A stretch of DNA of 64,000 nt from an uncultured bacterium (GTDB taxonomy: Bacteria; Zhuqueibacterota; QNDG01; DTFT01), in assembly GCA_963736115.1 (NCBI GenBank), contig CAVTNR010000017.1, positions 1 through 64,000 on the forward strand, read 5' to 3'. How positions within the stretch are numbered: position 1 is the first letter of the stretch; each line of letters begins with the position of its first letter. Below, one piece after another: positions 1 to 9,478 of the stretch. A program made the translations under genes and the position numbers. The notes below the pieces were generated by a model, which was not told where the DNA came from, made no database searches, and worked only from the letters and a program-made list of their open reading frames with translations.

Positions 1-2
1 TC

Positions 3-827
3 TGGCAGGCGCTTCAGGATCCGGGATTCCCCTTTCTCCGGTACGCGCTGGCCGCGGGTCTGCTGTCCAGCGTGGCATTCGGAATTCTCGGCCCCATTGT
101 CGTGGCGCGGCGCATCGGCGCCATCGCGGGATCCATCTCCCACTCCATGCTCGGCGGCATCGGCCTGGCGGTTTTTCTCCGCCACCAGACCGGATGGCCG
201 GGATTCACTCCCGGAGCGGGCGCGCTCGCGGCCGCTCTCGTTTCCGCGGCCGTGATCGGCTCGATTCACAGCCGCGGGAAAGAGCGGGAAGACACGGTCA
301 TTGCCGCGGTGTGGACGGTGGGCATGGCCGCGGGCGTGCTGTTCCTGTCCCTCACGCCCGTTTTCGTCGACCCCATGAGCTACCTGTTCGGCAACATCCT
401 CCTGCTGACCCGGAATGACCTGGTGATGATCGCGGGGCTCGACGCGCTTCTGCTGGTCGTCGCCCTGTTCCTCTACCGTCCCCTGCTGGCCGTGTGTTTC
501 GATGAGGAATTCGCCCGCATCCGGGGGCTCAACACAGGCGCCCTGTCCATGCTGCTGTTCGGACTCACGGCGCTCACGGTGGCGCTTCTGCTGCCCATGG
601 TCGGCACTGTTCTGGTCATCGCCCTGCTGACCCTTCCCGCGGCCCTGGCGGGACGGTTCACGAAGCACCTGTGGAGCATGATGATCGCGGCCGCGGCCCT
701 GTGCGCAGTTTTCGCGGTGGCGGGCGTGGCACTGAGCGCGGTCATCGACATCCCGAGCGGAGCCGCCATTGTTCTGCTGCTGGGCGCGGCATATCTGATT
801 CCGGCCCTGTTCAGGAGGAAGCGATGA
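3..827 (+). CDS. Zn/Mn ABC transporter permease (ZnuB/ABC-3 family), 5'-partial
   Basis: Frame open from window edge (WQALQDPGFPFLRYALAAGLL); motifs GSISHSMLGG, EDTVIAAVW, SYLFGNILL, FDEEFARIRG; highly hydrophobic. Confidence 0.9.
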   Translation, partial: WQALQDPGFPFLRYALAAGLLSSVAFGILGPIVVARRIGAIAGSISHSMLGGIGLAVFLRHQTGWPGFTPGAGALAAALVSAAVIGSIHSRGKEREDTVIAAVWTVGMAAGVLFLSLTPVFVDPMSYLFGNILLLTRNDLVMIAGLDALLLVVALFLYRPLLAVCFDEEFARIRGLNTGALSMLLFGLTALTVALLLPMVGTVLVIALLTLPAALAGRFTKHLWSMMIAAAALCAVFAVAGVALSAVIDIPSGAAIVLLLGAAYLIPALFRRKR

Positions 828-929
828 GCGGCCGGCCGTTCCGTCCGCGCTCCGGCACGATGCGGCTCCCCCCGCCGTCCGTTTCTATGGTCACGGATCC
901 ATTCCGTTTTCATCTTCATCCGGACTCCC

Positions 930-3900
930 ATGCATTCTGATTTTCCATTCATCGGAGTGGATGTCGGATCGGCCAGCGTCAAGCTGGCCGCTCTGGCGTC
1001 CGCGGAAATGGCCCAGCGTCTGGCCGCCGGTTGTCCCCGATTGTTCCGGCCGGAGGGCGCGCCCGTTCTGGACGGGAGGATGGTCGTGCTTTCCCGCTGG
1101 GAGCGGCACGGCGGGGATTCTCTCGGGGCGGTCTCGGCGATTCTCAGCGAGATTCGTTCCGTCCTAAACGGCTTCGATCCAGACCGTCTGGCCATGACCG
1201 GATCGGGCGGCCGGGAGAGCGCGGCTGCGCTCGGCGCGGCATCCGTGAATGAATTCCGCGCCGTCGCTGAGGGCATGAACGTCCTGCACCCGGAGGTCCG
1301 GACGGTGCTCGAAATGGGCGGCGCGAGCTCGAAGATCATCCGGACCGAAAGGGACGCGGACGGGTCCGTGCGCATCGAAGATTACGAGACGAACGGCGAA
1401 TGCGCGGCCGGCACGGGTTTGTTCTTCGACCAGCAGGTGGAACGGCTCGAAATCCGCGTGGAGGATGTGTCGGCTCTGGTCCGGGACGCGCGCCGGTCGG
1501 CAACCGTGGCGGGCCGGTGCTCGGTTTTCGCGAAAAGCGACATGATCCACGCCCAGCAGAGAGGGTACCTGCCGCCGGAAATACTGAAAGGTTTGTGTGA
1601 AGCAGTGGCCCGGAATTTCAAGGGTTCCCTCGTCAAAGGACGGGCGCTGGAGTCGCCTGTGGCCTTCATCGGCGGCGTGTCGCAGAACGGCGGCGTGGCC
1701 GAGGCCCTGCGTCTTCTCCTCGGTCTGGGTGACGGGAACTGGATCGTGCCGCCGCTCGGCCGCTGGGCCGCGGCTGTGGGGGCGGCGGTGGTCGCTGGAA
1801 AAGAAGTTCATAGTTCATGGTTCATAGTTCATAGTTCAAACGCGGGTGATTCCACGTCCGGTTCTGCGATTGTTGGAAAAACGGAGTCCAAGGGGAAAGC
1901 CCGAGCATCCGGCCCCAGGCTTTTAAATGATGACGGTTCCAACTATGAACCAGGAACCATGAACCATGAACTTTCTTACCCCACCACCTCCCCTCTCTCC
2001 ATGTCCAAAGTCGTCCTGCTCCGCGACCGCATCCGGCCTTTCCGCTTCCCGGACTCAGGAACCGTGCCGGCCTATCTCGGCATCGATGTGGGCTCCGTGT
2101 CTACCAATCTCGCGCTGATCACGGAATTCGGCGAGCTCATACACGGCATTTACACCATGACTCGCGGCCGGCCGGTGGAGGTGGTGACCGAGAGCCTGGC
2201 TGAAATGGAATCCGTTGTCGGCGGCCGCGTCCGGGTGCTCGGACTGGGGACCACCGGATCCGGAAGGGACCTGATCGGCCTGCTGGCCGGCGCGGACGCG
2301 GTGAAGGATGAGATCACGGCGCACAAGACAGGCGCGGTCCACATCGGACGATCTCTTCTGGACCGAAGGGTCGATACGATTTTCGAGATCGGCGGCCAGG
2401 ATTCCAAGTTCATTTCCCTTCGCGACGGCACGGTCACGGATTTCTGCCTCAACGAGGCCTGCGCCGCGGGAACCGGCTCTTTCCTGGAGGAACAGGCCCG
2501 TCAGATCGGTGTCGAGATCAAGGGCGAATTCGCGGCCCTGGCCATGGCCTCGCGGCATCCCCTGCGCATCGGCGAGCGGTGCACGGTGTTCATGGCAAAG
2601 GAAATCGTCCCCTATCTCCAGAAGGGCGTCCCGCGGGAGGACTTGATCGCGGGACTGGCCCTGTCCGTGGCGCAGAACTACCTCAACCGGGTCGTCAAGA
2701 AAAGGCCCATCGGGGAGACTGTTTTCTTTCAGGGCGGCACGGCCTACAATGACGCGGTCGCTGCCGCTTTCGCGACCTTGCTGGATCGGGAGATCGTCGT
2801 GCCGCCGCACAACGGCATACTGGGCGCGATCGGCGCCGCCCTGCTCGCGGCCGGGTCCCGTACGGCCGGCAAGCCGACCGCTTTCCGCGGTTGGAAGCTG
2901 GACAGCGTTCCGCGCAGTCTCCGCGAGTTCACCTGCAAGGCTTGTTCGAACCAATGCACGGTGGAGGAATTCACGGTCGCGGGCGAGAAATCGTACTGGG
3001 GTGACAAGTGCTCCGAGAAGTACCGCCGCAGGACCAAAACGGAACGCAAGCCGGTTCTGCCCAACCTGATACGCATCAGGGACAAACAACTGGAACCGTT
3101 CCGAAAACCCGCGGCCGCGGGTCCGGCCGTCCGGGGACGGGCCGGAATCGCGCTGACCCTGCATTTCCAGGACCGCCTGCCGTTCTGGAAAACCTACCTC
3201 GAATCCGCGGGATTCGAATGCGTGTTTTCCGGCCACACGGATCCGGATGTCGCGGCCGCCGGCGTGGAGGCGTGCGTCAATGAACCGTGCTTTCCGGTGC
3301 AGGCGGCGCACGGCCATTTCGTCCGGCTCATGGCCGAGAGGCCGGACATCCTGTTCTTCCCCCATGTCGTGAATGAGGAGGACCCGCTCGAAAGCGTGGC
3401 TTCTTTTCTCTGCCCCTGGGTGCAGACTTTCCCCCTGATCGCGAAACACGTGTCCGTTCTGCAACCGGTCCGGGACCGTATTTTCTGCCCCACCGTGGCT
3501 TTCCGTGAAGGCCCGGTTGCAGTGGAGGAGCGGCTTTACAGGGAAATGTCCGGCCTGGGCGTCAGCCGGGTGCATAACCGCCGAGCCGTGGCCGCCGCGT
3601 ATGCGGCGCAAGCGGGATTCAGGGATTTCCTGCGCCGGAAGGGCGAATTCTCTCTGAAGGTCATTCGCGAGAGCGGTGCGCCCGTGGTGATCCTGATCGG
3701 CCGGCCCTACAATATATATGATGCCGGCATGAACCTGAACGTGCCGGTGAAGTTGGTGGAGCTGTACGGCGCGAATGTGCTTCCCATGGATGTTCTCCCT
3801 CTGGACGGCGTGGACATCAGGCCGGTGCACGATCACATGTTCTGGAATTACGGCAGGCGCATTCTGCAGGCCGCTCGGTACAGCCGGGACCTCCCGAATG

Positions 3901-4073
3901 CGCACCTGATCTATCTGTCGAACTTCAAATGCGGGCCTGATTCGTACATCCGGCATTACGTCGAAGAGGCGGCCGGAAAGCCCTTCCTCTTCCTGCAGTT
4001 CGACAGCCACTCGAACGACGCGGGCATTCTCACGCGGGTGGAGGCGTTTCTGGAGAGCCGGGGGCTTCTTTGA
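930..4073 (+). CDS. CoA-substrate-specific enzyme activase: two BadF/BcrAD-type ATPase domains plus C-terminal DUF2229/dehydratase-like domains
   Basis: Two GxDVGSxS motifs, EMGGASSK/EIGGQDSK, CAAGTG twice, RCSVF/RCTVF, CxxCxNxC linker, NFKCGPDS. Confidence 0.9.
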   Translation: MHSDFPFIGVDVGSASVKLAALASAEMAQRLAAGCPRLFRPEGAPVLDGRMVVLSRWERHGGDSLGAVSAILSEIRSVLNGFDPDRLAMTGSGGRESAAALGAASVNEFRAVAEGMNVLHPEVRTVLEMGGASSKIIRTERDADGSVRIEDYETNGECAAGTGLFFDQQVERLEIRVEDVSALVRDARRSATVAGRCSVFAKSDMIHAQQRGYLPPEILKGLCEAVARNFKGSLVKGRALESPVAFIGGVSQNGGVAEALRLLLGLGDGNWIVPPLGRWAAAVGAAVVAGKEVHSSWFIVHSSNAGDSTSGSAIVGKTESKGKARASGPRLLNDDGSNYEPGTMNHELSYPTTSPLSMSKVVLLRDRIRPFRFPDSGTVPAYLGIDVGSVSTNLALITEFGELIHGIYTMTRGRPVEVVTESLAEMESVVGGRVRVLGLGTTGSGRDLIGLLAGADAVKDEITAHKTGAVHIGRSLLDRRVDTIFEIGGQDSKFISLRDGTVTDFCLNEACAAGTGSFLEEQARQIGVEIKGEFAALAMASRHPLRIGERCTVFMAKEIVPYLQKGVPREDLIAGLALSVAQNYLNRVVKKRPIGETVFFQGGTAYNDAVAAAFATLLDREIVVPPHNGILGAIGAALLAAGSRTAGKPTAFRGWKLDSVPRSLREFTCKACSNQCTVEEFTVAGEKSYWGDKCSEKYRRRTKTERKPVLPNLIRIRDKQLEPFRKPAAAGPAVRGRAGIALTLHFQDRLPFWKTYLESAGFECVFSGHTDPDVAAAGVEACVNEPCFPVQAAHGHFVRLMAERPDILFFPHVVNEEDPLESVASFLCPWVQTFPLIAKHVSVLQPVRDRIFCPTVAFREGPVAVEERLYREMSGLGVSRVHNRRAVAAAYAAQAGFRDFLRRKGEFSLKVIRESGAPVVILIGRPYNIYDAGMNLNVPVKLVELYGANVLPMDVLPLDGVDIRPVHDHMFWNYGRRILQAARYSRDLPNAHLIYLSNFKCGPDSYIRHYVEEAAGKPFLFLQFDSHSNDAGILTRVEAFLESRGLL
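1805..1972. repeat. Inverted pair of 7-nt tandem arrays, (RGTTCAT)5 ... (ATGAACY)4, inserted in frame in the activase gene
   Basis: Left arm 1805-1839, right arm 1941-1972; total 168 nt = 56 codons; translates VHSSWFIVHSS...NYEPGTMNHEL. Confidence 0.9.
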
Positions 4074-4078
4074 AAATC

Positions 4079-4222
4079 AGTTCATAGTTGATGGTTCATA
4101 GTTCATAGTGAAAGAAGTGACGCTGAACCGGTCGATAAACTCCTTTTCTATGAAAAATGAACTATCAACCATGAACGTTTTGTAATTGCCAACTATGAAC
4201 CATGAACTATGAACCATGAACT
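4079..4222. repeat. Intergenic inverted 7-nt tandem arrays (RGTTCAT / ATGAACY)
   Basis: Left arm 4079-4106; right arms 4157-4177 and 4191-4222; variant units agttgat and atcaacc are complementary. Confidence 0.9.
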
Positions 4223-5499
4223 TATTAAAGAAGACATCAGGCAGCTCTGAAAACGTGCATCCACTGAAGGGTCGCCGCATGCTCGTGCCGCGCATGAGCA
4301 CGGTCGGCGCGGAAGCGCTATCGGCGGCGCTCCGTTCATTCGGAATCGACGCGGTCGTTCCGCCGCGCGCGGGCGAGAAGAGCATGGCCATGACCGGCCG
4401 CTTCATCACGGGCGAGGAATGCCTGCCCCAGCGGATCACGCTGGCCGATTTCTTCGAGGCCATGTCGGAACCCGGATTCGACCGAGACAAGGCGGCTTAT
4501 TTCATGCCCACTTCAGCCGGGCCCTGCCGATTCGGCCAGTACGCCAATCTCATGCGGAAGATCCTGAAGGAACTCGGACACGATAACGCCCTGGTTTTCT
4601 CTCCGACGTCCACGGATCAGTACGAAGGCATTGCCGGAAACGTCACGCGCTTCAAGCGCACGGCCTGGCGCGCGGTCGTGTCCTCGGATGCGCTCCGCAA
4701 GATGACCTACATGCACAGGCCCTACGAAGCAGAACCCGGAGCGACAGATAGGATCGCGGACGACGGCCTGAAATCCCTGTGCGCCATCCTGGAGAATCCG
4801 GAAATCCGCCTCAGCCGCCAGCTTCGCATGCTGTCCGGTGTTTTCGAGGAGACCCGCGACCGGATGGCGGGAATTCCGCCGAAGGAAACGCTTGGTACAA
4901 GGCCGCTCATCGGCATTGTTGGAGAGATTTTCATCCGGTTCAACAGCGAGAGCAATCAGCACCTGGTCCGGCGTATCGAGGCGCAGGGCGGAGAAGCGTG
5001 GATCGCGGATGTGTCGGAGTGGATCTGGTACACGAATACGGAGCGCGAGCGGCGTTTGCGAGAGGCCGGCCGGTCCTTTAGCCCGGGCATGGCGGCCGCT
5101 AAAATCCGACGGTGGGTTCAGAAACACGACGAAGAAGGGATACTCGCGCCTCTCCGGGGAATTTTCCTTGGCCGGGAGGAGGAGTCCGTCGAGAAACTGC
5201 TTGAATACAGCCGGCCCTACCTGCCTCATGAAAAGGCCATGGGCGAAATGACTCTGAATACCGGCAAGGTCGTGGCCTTTCATAAAGCCGGATGCGACGG
5301 CGTGATCGACGCAAGTCCCTTCACGTGCATGAACGGTATCGTCACCGAGGCCGTGTACCCGCATGTCAGCCGCGATCATGGCGGCATGCCGGTCCGGATT
5401 TTCTATTTTGACGGCGTACCGGTCGACCTGGATTCAGCCCTGGAAATTTTCATGGAGCTGGCGCGGGGATATAGAAGAAAACAGGGCAGAGGTCAATGA
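4216..5499 (+). CDS. Activase-associated 2-hydroxyacyl-CoA dehydratase-like protein (COG3581-like)
   Basis: GEECLP, GPCRFGQY, IGIVGEIFIR, PFTCMNG motifs; adjacent to activase; true start uncertain because this ATG lies in the repeat. Confidence 0.8.
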   Translation: MNLLKKTSGSSENVHPLKGRRMLVPRMSTVGAEALSAALRSFGIDAVVPPRAGEKSMAMTGRFITGEECLPQRITLADFFEAMSEPGFDRDKAAYFMPTSAGPCRFGQYANLMRKILKELGHDNALVFSPTSTDQYEGIAGNVTRFKRTAWRAVVSSDALRKMTYMHRPYEAEPGATDRIADDGLKSLCAILENPEIRLSRQLRMLSGVFEETRDRMAGIPPKETLGTRPLIGIVGEIFIRFNSESNQHLVRRIEAQGGEAWIADVSEWIWYTNTERERRLREAGRSFSPGMAAAKIRRWVQKHDEEGILAPLRGIFLGREEESVEKLLEYSRPYLPHEKAMGEMTLNTGKVVAFHKAGCDGVIDASPFTCMNGIVTEAVYPHVSRDHGGMPVRIFYFDGVPVDLDSALEIFMELARGYRRKQGRGQ

Positions 5500-5500
5500 C

Positions 5501-5547
5501 CGACCCCGGGGTCGACCCCGGGGTTGAACGCCGGGGTTGAACGGCCG
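5501..5547. repeat. Short GC-rich palindromic tandem repeat after stop codon
   Basis: cgaccccggggt x2 followed by degenerate tgaacgccggggt and tgaacggccg. Confidence 0.55.
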
Positions 5548-5571
5548 CACAGGTAGTGCATGCGATTTTTA

Positions 5572-5600
5572 TTGACATTAGTTGTTCGATTGAGTATCAT
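5572..5600 (+). promoter_or_regulatory. Sigma70-type promoter
   Basis: TTGACA (5572-5577), 17 nt, TATCAT (5595-5600). Confidence 0.65.
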
Positions 5601-5610
5601 TATATCAGTC

Positions 5611-5644
5611 AATAATACGAATCCTGGGATTCGTATTATTTTTT
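5611..5644 (+). promoter_or_regulatory. Perfect 14-bp inverted repeat just downstream of promoter (operator or leader hairpin)
   Basis: aataatacgaatcc-tg-ggattcgtattatt followed by tttt. Confidence 0.55.
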
Positions 5645-5694
5645 CCGCTTTACCGCAAACGTTTGCGGCAATAAGTTGTTCCATGGAGGGGATA

Positions 5695-7369
5695 ATGGGA
5701 GATTCCAGACATCTTCACAAGAGCCTGATCATTCTTTTGATTTTTTTATTTTCGGCGACATGGATGCCAGTCCGGTCAGGGATTATTGTCGATCACACCT
5801 GCATGGACACGGACCGCATTCCGGATCCCTACATCGCGGACGTAAAAAAAATCTGGTTCGACGTGCTCGGTGAATCACATTCAACTGCTTACCTCAAGGG
5901 AGGCGACCTGCTGGAGGCGGAAAACAGCCGTTTTCAGGCGAGCTATGTGGATGGTTTCGGAACGGTTCCGGAGGCATACACGGACACGCGCCTGCGTATC
6001 AGCCGCATTGGACGCGGGGACGTCAACCATACGACAGGTTGGCCCAATCTGCACGGCGAGGAGGATTGGTTCACTTCTGCCCAGGCCGTTTCGGCTACCA
6101 AGGCTCACATCGACTACTGCAACGGAAACGGATGGACGATCGGTATACTCGCGTTCGGCTGGTGCTGGGACATGACCTGGCACCACACAGTTTTCGCAGA
6201 GACTGTGGAGGACTGGGGAGGACGCTGGGGAGGCGCGCTTGATTATTACAATGGGACCTCCATCGTGACCCAGCCGATCTGGGGTCTGACCGCCGAGGAC
6301 ACGCCGAACAGCCCCTTCCTCAGTCTACAGGATTACCTTCTGGCGACGGACGCTTACGCGTCCTACTGCCAGACGCAGGGGTATGCCACCCGTGTGGTAT
6401 TCACCACCGGCCCAGTGGACGGCAACACGACTACTGAGCTGGGTCTCGGCCGGCATGTCAAACACGAGGCGATACGCGCGTATGTCGCCGCAGCAGGAGA
6501 CCGCGTGCTTTTCGATTACGCGGACATTCTCTGCTACAACAGCGCGGGCGAAATCCGGCTCAGTTCATGGAGCGGGCATGCCTTTCCGGTTATCCATTCC
6601 GAAAACATGCAGGACCTGGACGGCACATATACGGAGGATGGGGACCATATCGGCAAGAAAGGCGCGCTCAAAATTGGCAGGGGCATGTGGTGGCTCGCGG
6701 CGCGCCTGGCCGGGTGGAACGGTCTCGGTGTGCGACTCAGGGCACGGGTGTGGCTGGAAGGTGCGTACGGAGCCGGGCAGATGGCGACAGGCTTGCGATC
6801 CTCCGGGCACGTTCCCCTGACGTCGCCGTACCCGGAGGACCCACGCACGGTCACTGTCGTTCCTGAAAATGCCGTGGACTGGGTGCTGGTCCAGCTACGG
6901 GCTACTGCGGACGGTCCTGTTTTGCTGTCGAGGAGCGCCTTCTTGCGGAGTGACGGGTGTGTCATCCGCGACGACGGCGTGACCGGGGATATCGCCCTGG
7001 AAGTTCCGGACGACGATTACTTCGTCGTCGTTCGGCACCGGTGTCATACGGCCGTCATGTCCGACACGGCTGTGACGCTTACTCAGACGAACGATTGCGG
7101 ATCACGATTATACCGGTGCGGTGTCGTGTGCGTACGGTTCCGGCGGATCCAGGGAAATGGAAACCGGCGTCTGGGGCATGTGGGCGGGAGACGTCAATCA
7201 GGATAAGAATGTCACCACTACGGACTACACGTCCTGGTACAATTCCGCGCGGTTGGGGGAGTCCGGTTATAGGGCGACGGATATCAATCTGGACGGCGTG
7301 GTGACGACGTCGGATTATACCATGTGGTACAACAACGCGAGGCTGGGGGCGGCGTCGAAGGTGCCGTGA
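5695..7369 (+). pseudogene. Secreted protein (putative SGNH-like N-domain plus dockerin-like tail) split by a +1 frameshift near 7090; real lesion or assembly error
   Basis: RBS GGAGGG before ATG 5695; signal peptide; GESHS ... DGDH motifs; ORF 7121-7369 continues the alignment to the tail of the 7668-9356 paralogue; removing one A from cagacgaacgatt restores TQTTIADHDYTG. Confidence 0.75.
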
Positions 7370-7476
7370 GTAATTTCGCCACCTATTGTCCTCCTGTGTC
7401 TGATAAGGAGGGAGACCGGGTATAAGCCTTTACCATTTGCAACAAACGGCCCGGGTATTCCTAGCCGGAGCACATG

Positions 7477-7509
7477 AAATGACGGGATTTCCATCCTGTC
7501 ATTTTTTTT
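7477..7509 (+). terminator. Intrinsic terminator
   Basis: aaatgacggga-tttcca-tcctgtcattttttt. Confidence 0.7.
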
Positions 7510-7667
7510 ATCCTACAGGCTTTTCTGCCCCTTTTGGTATATTATATGCTTTTGAATTATTAATTGATCGTATCTTCTTGTTTTTCAACATTTAAAAAAC
7601 GAAGGATGGGGTTGAAGGATTTTGCCGTTTCATTATGCAATATTTGCGCGATGAAGGGAGATTTGAT

Positions 7668-9356
7668 ATGGTGATTCGTATCGTAAAAATAATTGTTGCG
7701 ACATCCGGCTTTTTCTATTCGGGCCTGTTTCCCCAGACTTTTATCCCTCAATCCGTCACGGATCAGACCCCGACGGATCCGCTGTCCAATCCGGGTCCGA
7801 GTTCCTTTGAACCGCGATATATCAGCGGGCTGGGATCCGACAATTCCTTCACGCTCTTTTGCGAGGACCGCGCCTATGTATCCGGCTCCGGGTATGCACT
7901 CAGCCGGGCGGCGACCACTTCAGGGCCGACCGGATTCCCCTCCTCCGTCACCGCGGGCGACATCTACGCCACTCATTTTATCGTGAAAGATTGGCCGATT
8001 AATGTCTACGGGACGGATTACGCCTATCGGGCTTGGGCATCCACGAACTCGCCGGACCATTACTTCTACGTCTCCAACGACCTGAACACCTGGACGCAAG
8101 TCAGTACATTTCAGGTCAGCAATGCCTCCGGATTTACCCCGCCCAGGTCCGGAGTCGTCTATTACGGATTTCATGATGTGATTCAAATAAACGGCACGTA
8201 TTATGCCTTTGCGGAGGCCCAGTCGTCCGCTTTTTATCTGGTTCGCAGTGTCCTGGGAGGCGACGTGTGGGAGGCATTCGCGCTGATGGGAGGGAATACA
8301 GACGGCGACGGGCCCCTTCTGACGGCGCATTCCGGCGGCAACGGCTGGGTCTGCACCGGTAATTTTATCGACCTGGGATACAAGCGCGGCATCGGGAGTC
8401 TGTTCGTGGATCCCTCGTCCGAATCCTATACCAATTATTATCTTGCGATCAACACGGCTGCGAAAACCGGACTGCCCGCAGCCGATCTGGAGGCCGCATT
8501 TATCAATCCGTCCAATTGGACATGGAACGACGGATCCACGGGTCGGGCCGCGAATCCCATACTCACTAAGACGGCGTCGCACGATTTGAGAGAGGGGTGG
8601 ATCGTTCCCAACAGCGATCCGGACGCAGACTGGACGATCATCTACAGCGGGAACTACGGGTCCTCAAAGGGGAGTTATGCGCTGGGCTACGCCACGCTGA
8701 CGCCTCCCGAGTCATCCGTACGGATCAAGCTGAAAACATGGCTTGAGGGCGCTTATGTATCCGGAGGTTCCATGCACACCAGTCTGCAGTCGGCCGGCCC
8801 CATTCCTTCCGTTTCCCCCTACAGCGACGGACGGGACGGCGGGTCCGTTCCCGCGTCAGCGACGGATTGGGTGCAGGTCGAACTCCGCGAAACACCATCC
8901 GGATCCCCGGCCGCGGTACGGTCCTTCTTCCTGAAGAGCGATGGAACCCTCATCGAGCCGGACGGCTCCGAGGACCTGACTGTTCCGGGAGCGGGCGCTG
9001 GCGGGTACTACGTGGTTCTGAATCATCGCAACCACGGTGCGGTCATGTCCGCGGATACAGTGGGGCTCGACGACAGCCACGCGGCCGAATACGATTTCAG
9101 GAATGGGGCCGGCCGATATTACGGCTCAAACGGGGCGAAGGAGATGGAAACGGGCGTGTACGGCATGTGGGCTGGGGATTTGAACCAGGACAAGAATATG
9201 ACGACGACGGATTACACATCCTGGTACAACTCCGCGCGGCTGGGGGAGTCCGGATACAGGGCGACGGATATCAATCTGGACGGCGTGGTGACCACGTCGG
9301 ATTACACGATGTGGTACAACAATGCCAGGCTGGGAGCGGCGTCGCAGGTGCCGTAA
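7668..9356 (+). CDS. Secreted protein, beta-rich (possibly propeller) N-domain plus C-terminal Ig-like and dockerin-like domains
   Basis: RBS GGGAG; WLEGAY...DWVQVELR...HRNH tail and paired Ca-loop motifs GDLNQDKNMTTTDY and TDINLDGVVTTSDY. Confidence 0.75.
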   Translation: MVIRIVKIIVATSGFFYSGLFPQTFIPQSVTDQTPTDPLSNPGPSSFEPRYISGLGSDNSFTLFCEDRAYVSGSGYALSRAATTSGPTGFPSSVTAGDIYATHFIVKDWPINVYGTDYAYRAWASTNSPDHYFYVSNDLNTWTQVSTFQVSNASGFTPPRSGVVYYGFHDVIQINGTYYAFAEAQSSAFYLVRSVLGGDVWEAFALMGGNTDGDGPLLTAHSGGNGWVCTGNFIDLGYKRGIGSLFVDPSSESYTNYYLAINTAAKTGLPAADLEAAFINPSNWTWNDGSTGRAANPILTKTASHDLREGWIVPNSDPDADWTIIYSGNYGSSKGSYALGYATLTPPESSVRIKLKTWLEGAYVSGGSMHTSLQSAGPIPSVSPYSDGRDGGSVPASATDWVQVELRETPSGSPAAVRSFFLKSDGTLIEPDGSEDLTVPGAGAGGYYVVLNHRNHGAVMSADTVGLDDSHAAEYDFRNGAGRYYGSNGAKEMETGVYGMWAGDLNQDKNMTTTDYTSWYNSARLGESGYRATDINLDGVVTTSDYTMWYNNARLGAASQVP

Positions 9357-9415
9357 AAGAAATCGAAACCAAGGTTGACCTTGGGGGCCTCGTGCAATGC
9401 GTCTGCAGCGGAAAG

Positions 9416-9440
9416 GGTAGCCGCGGCCTGAAGGCCGCGC
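9416..9440 (+). repeat. GTAG-family REP (left)
   Basis: gGTAG-ccgcggcc-tgaa-ggccgcg-c. Confidence 0.8.
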
Positions 9441-9478
9441 TGAACAGGGCTTACTTTCTTCTTTTTCAACTAATATGG

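Noticed and set aside
2055-4010. 651-aa antisense ORF, and similar ones at 17851-19719, 32127-33809, 54346-55701 and 59074-61161
   Set aside because: Shadow ORFs opposite well-supported genes in high-GC DNA; no recognisable motifs.
4077-4490. Minus-strand ORF with VHSSWFIV/MNYEP peptides
   Set aside because: Translation of the heptamer arrays plus antisense of a real gene.
7150-9356. Repeat pair at gene 3' ends as a DGR template/variable repeat
   Set aside because: Differences are mostly synonymous third-position changes, not adenine-specific; both copies are coding; no reverse transcriptase in the window.
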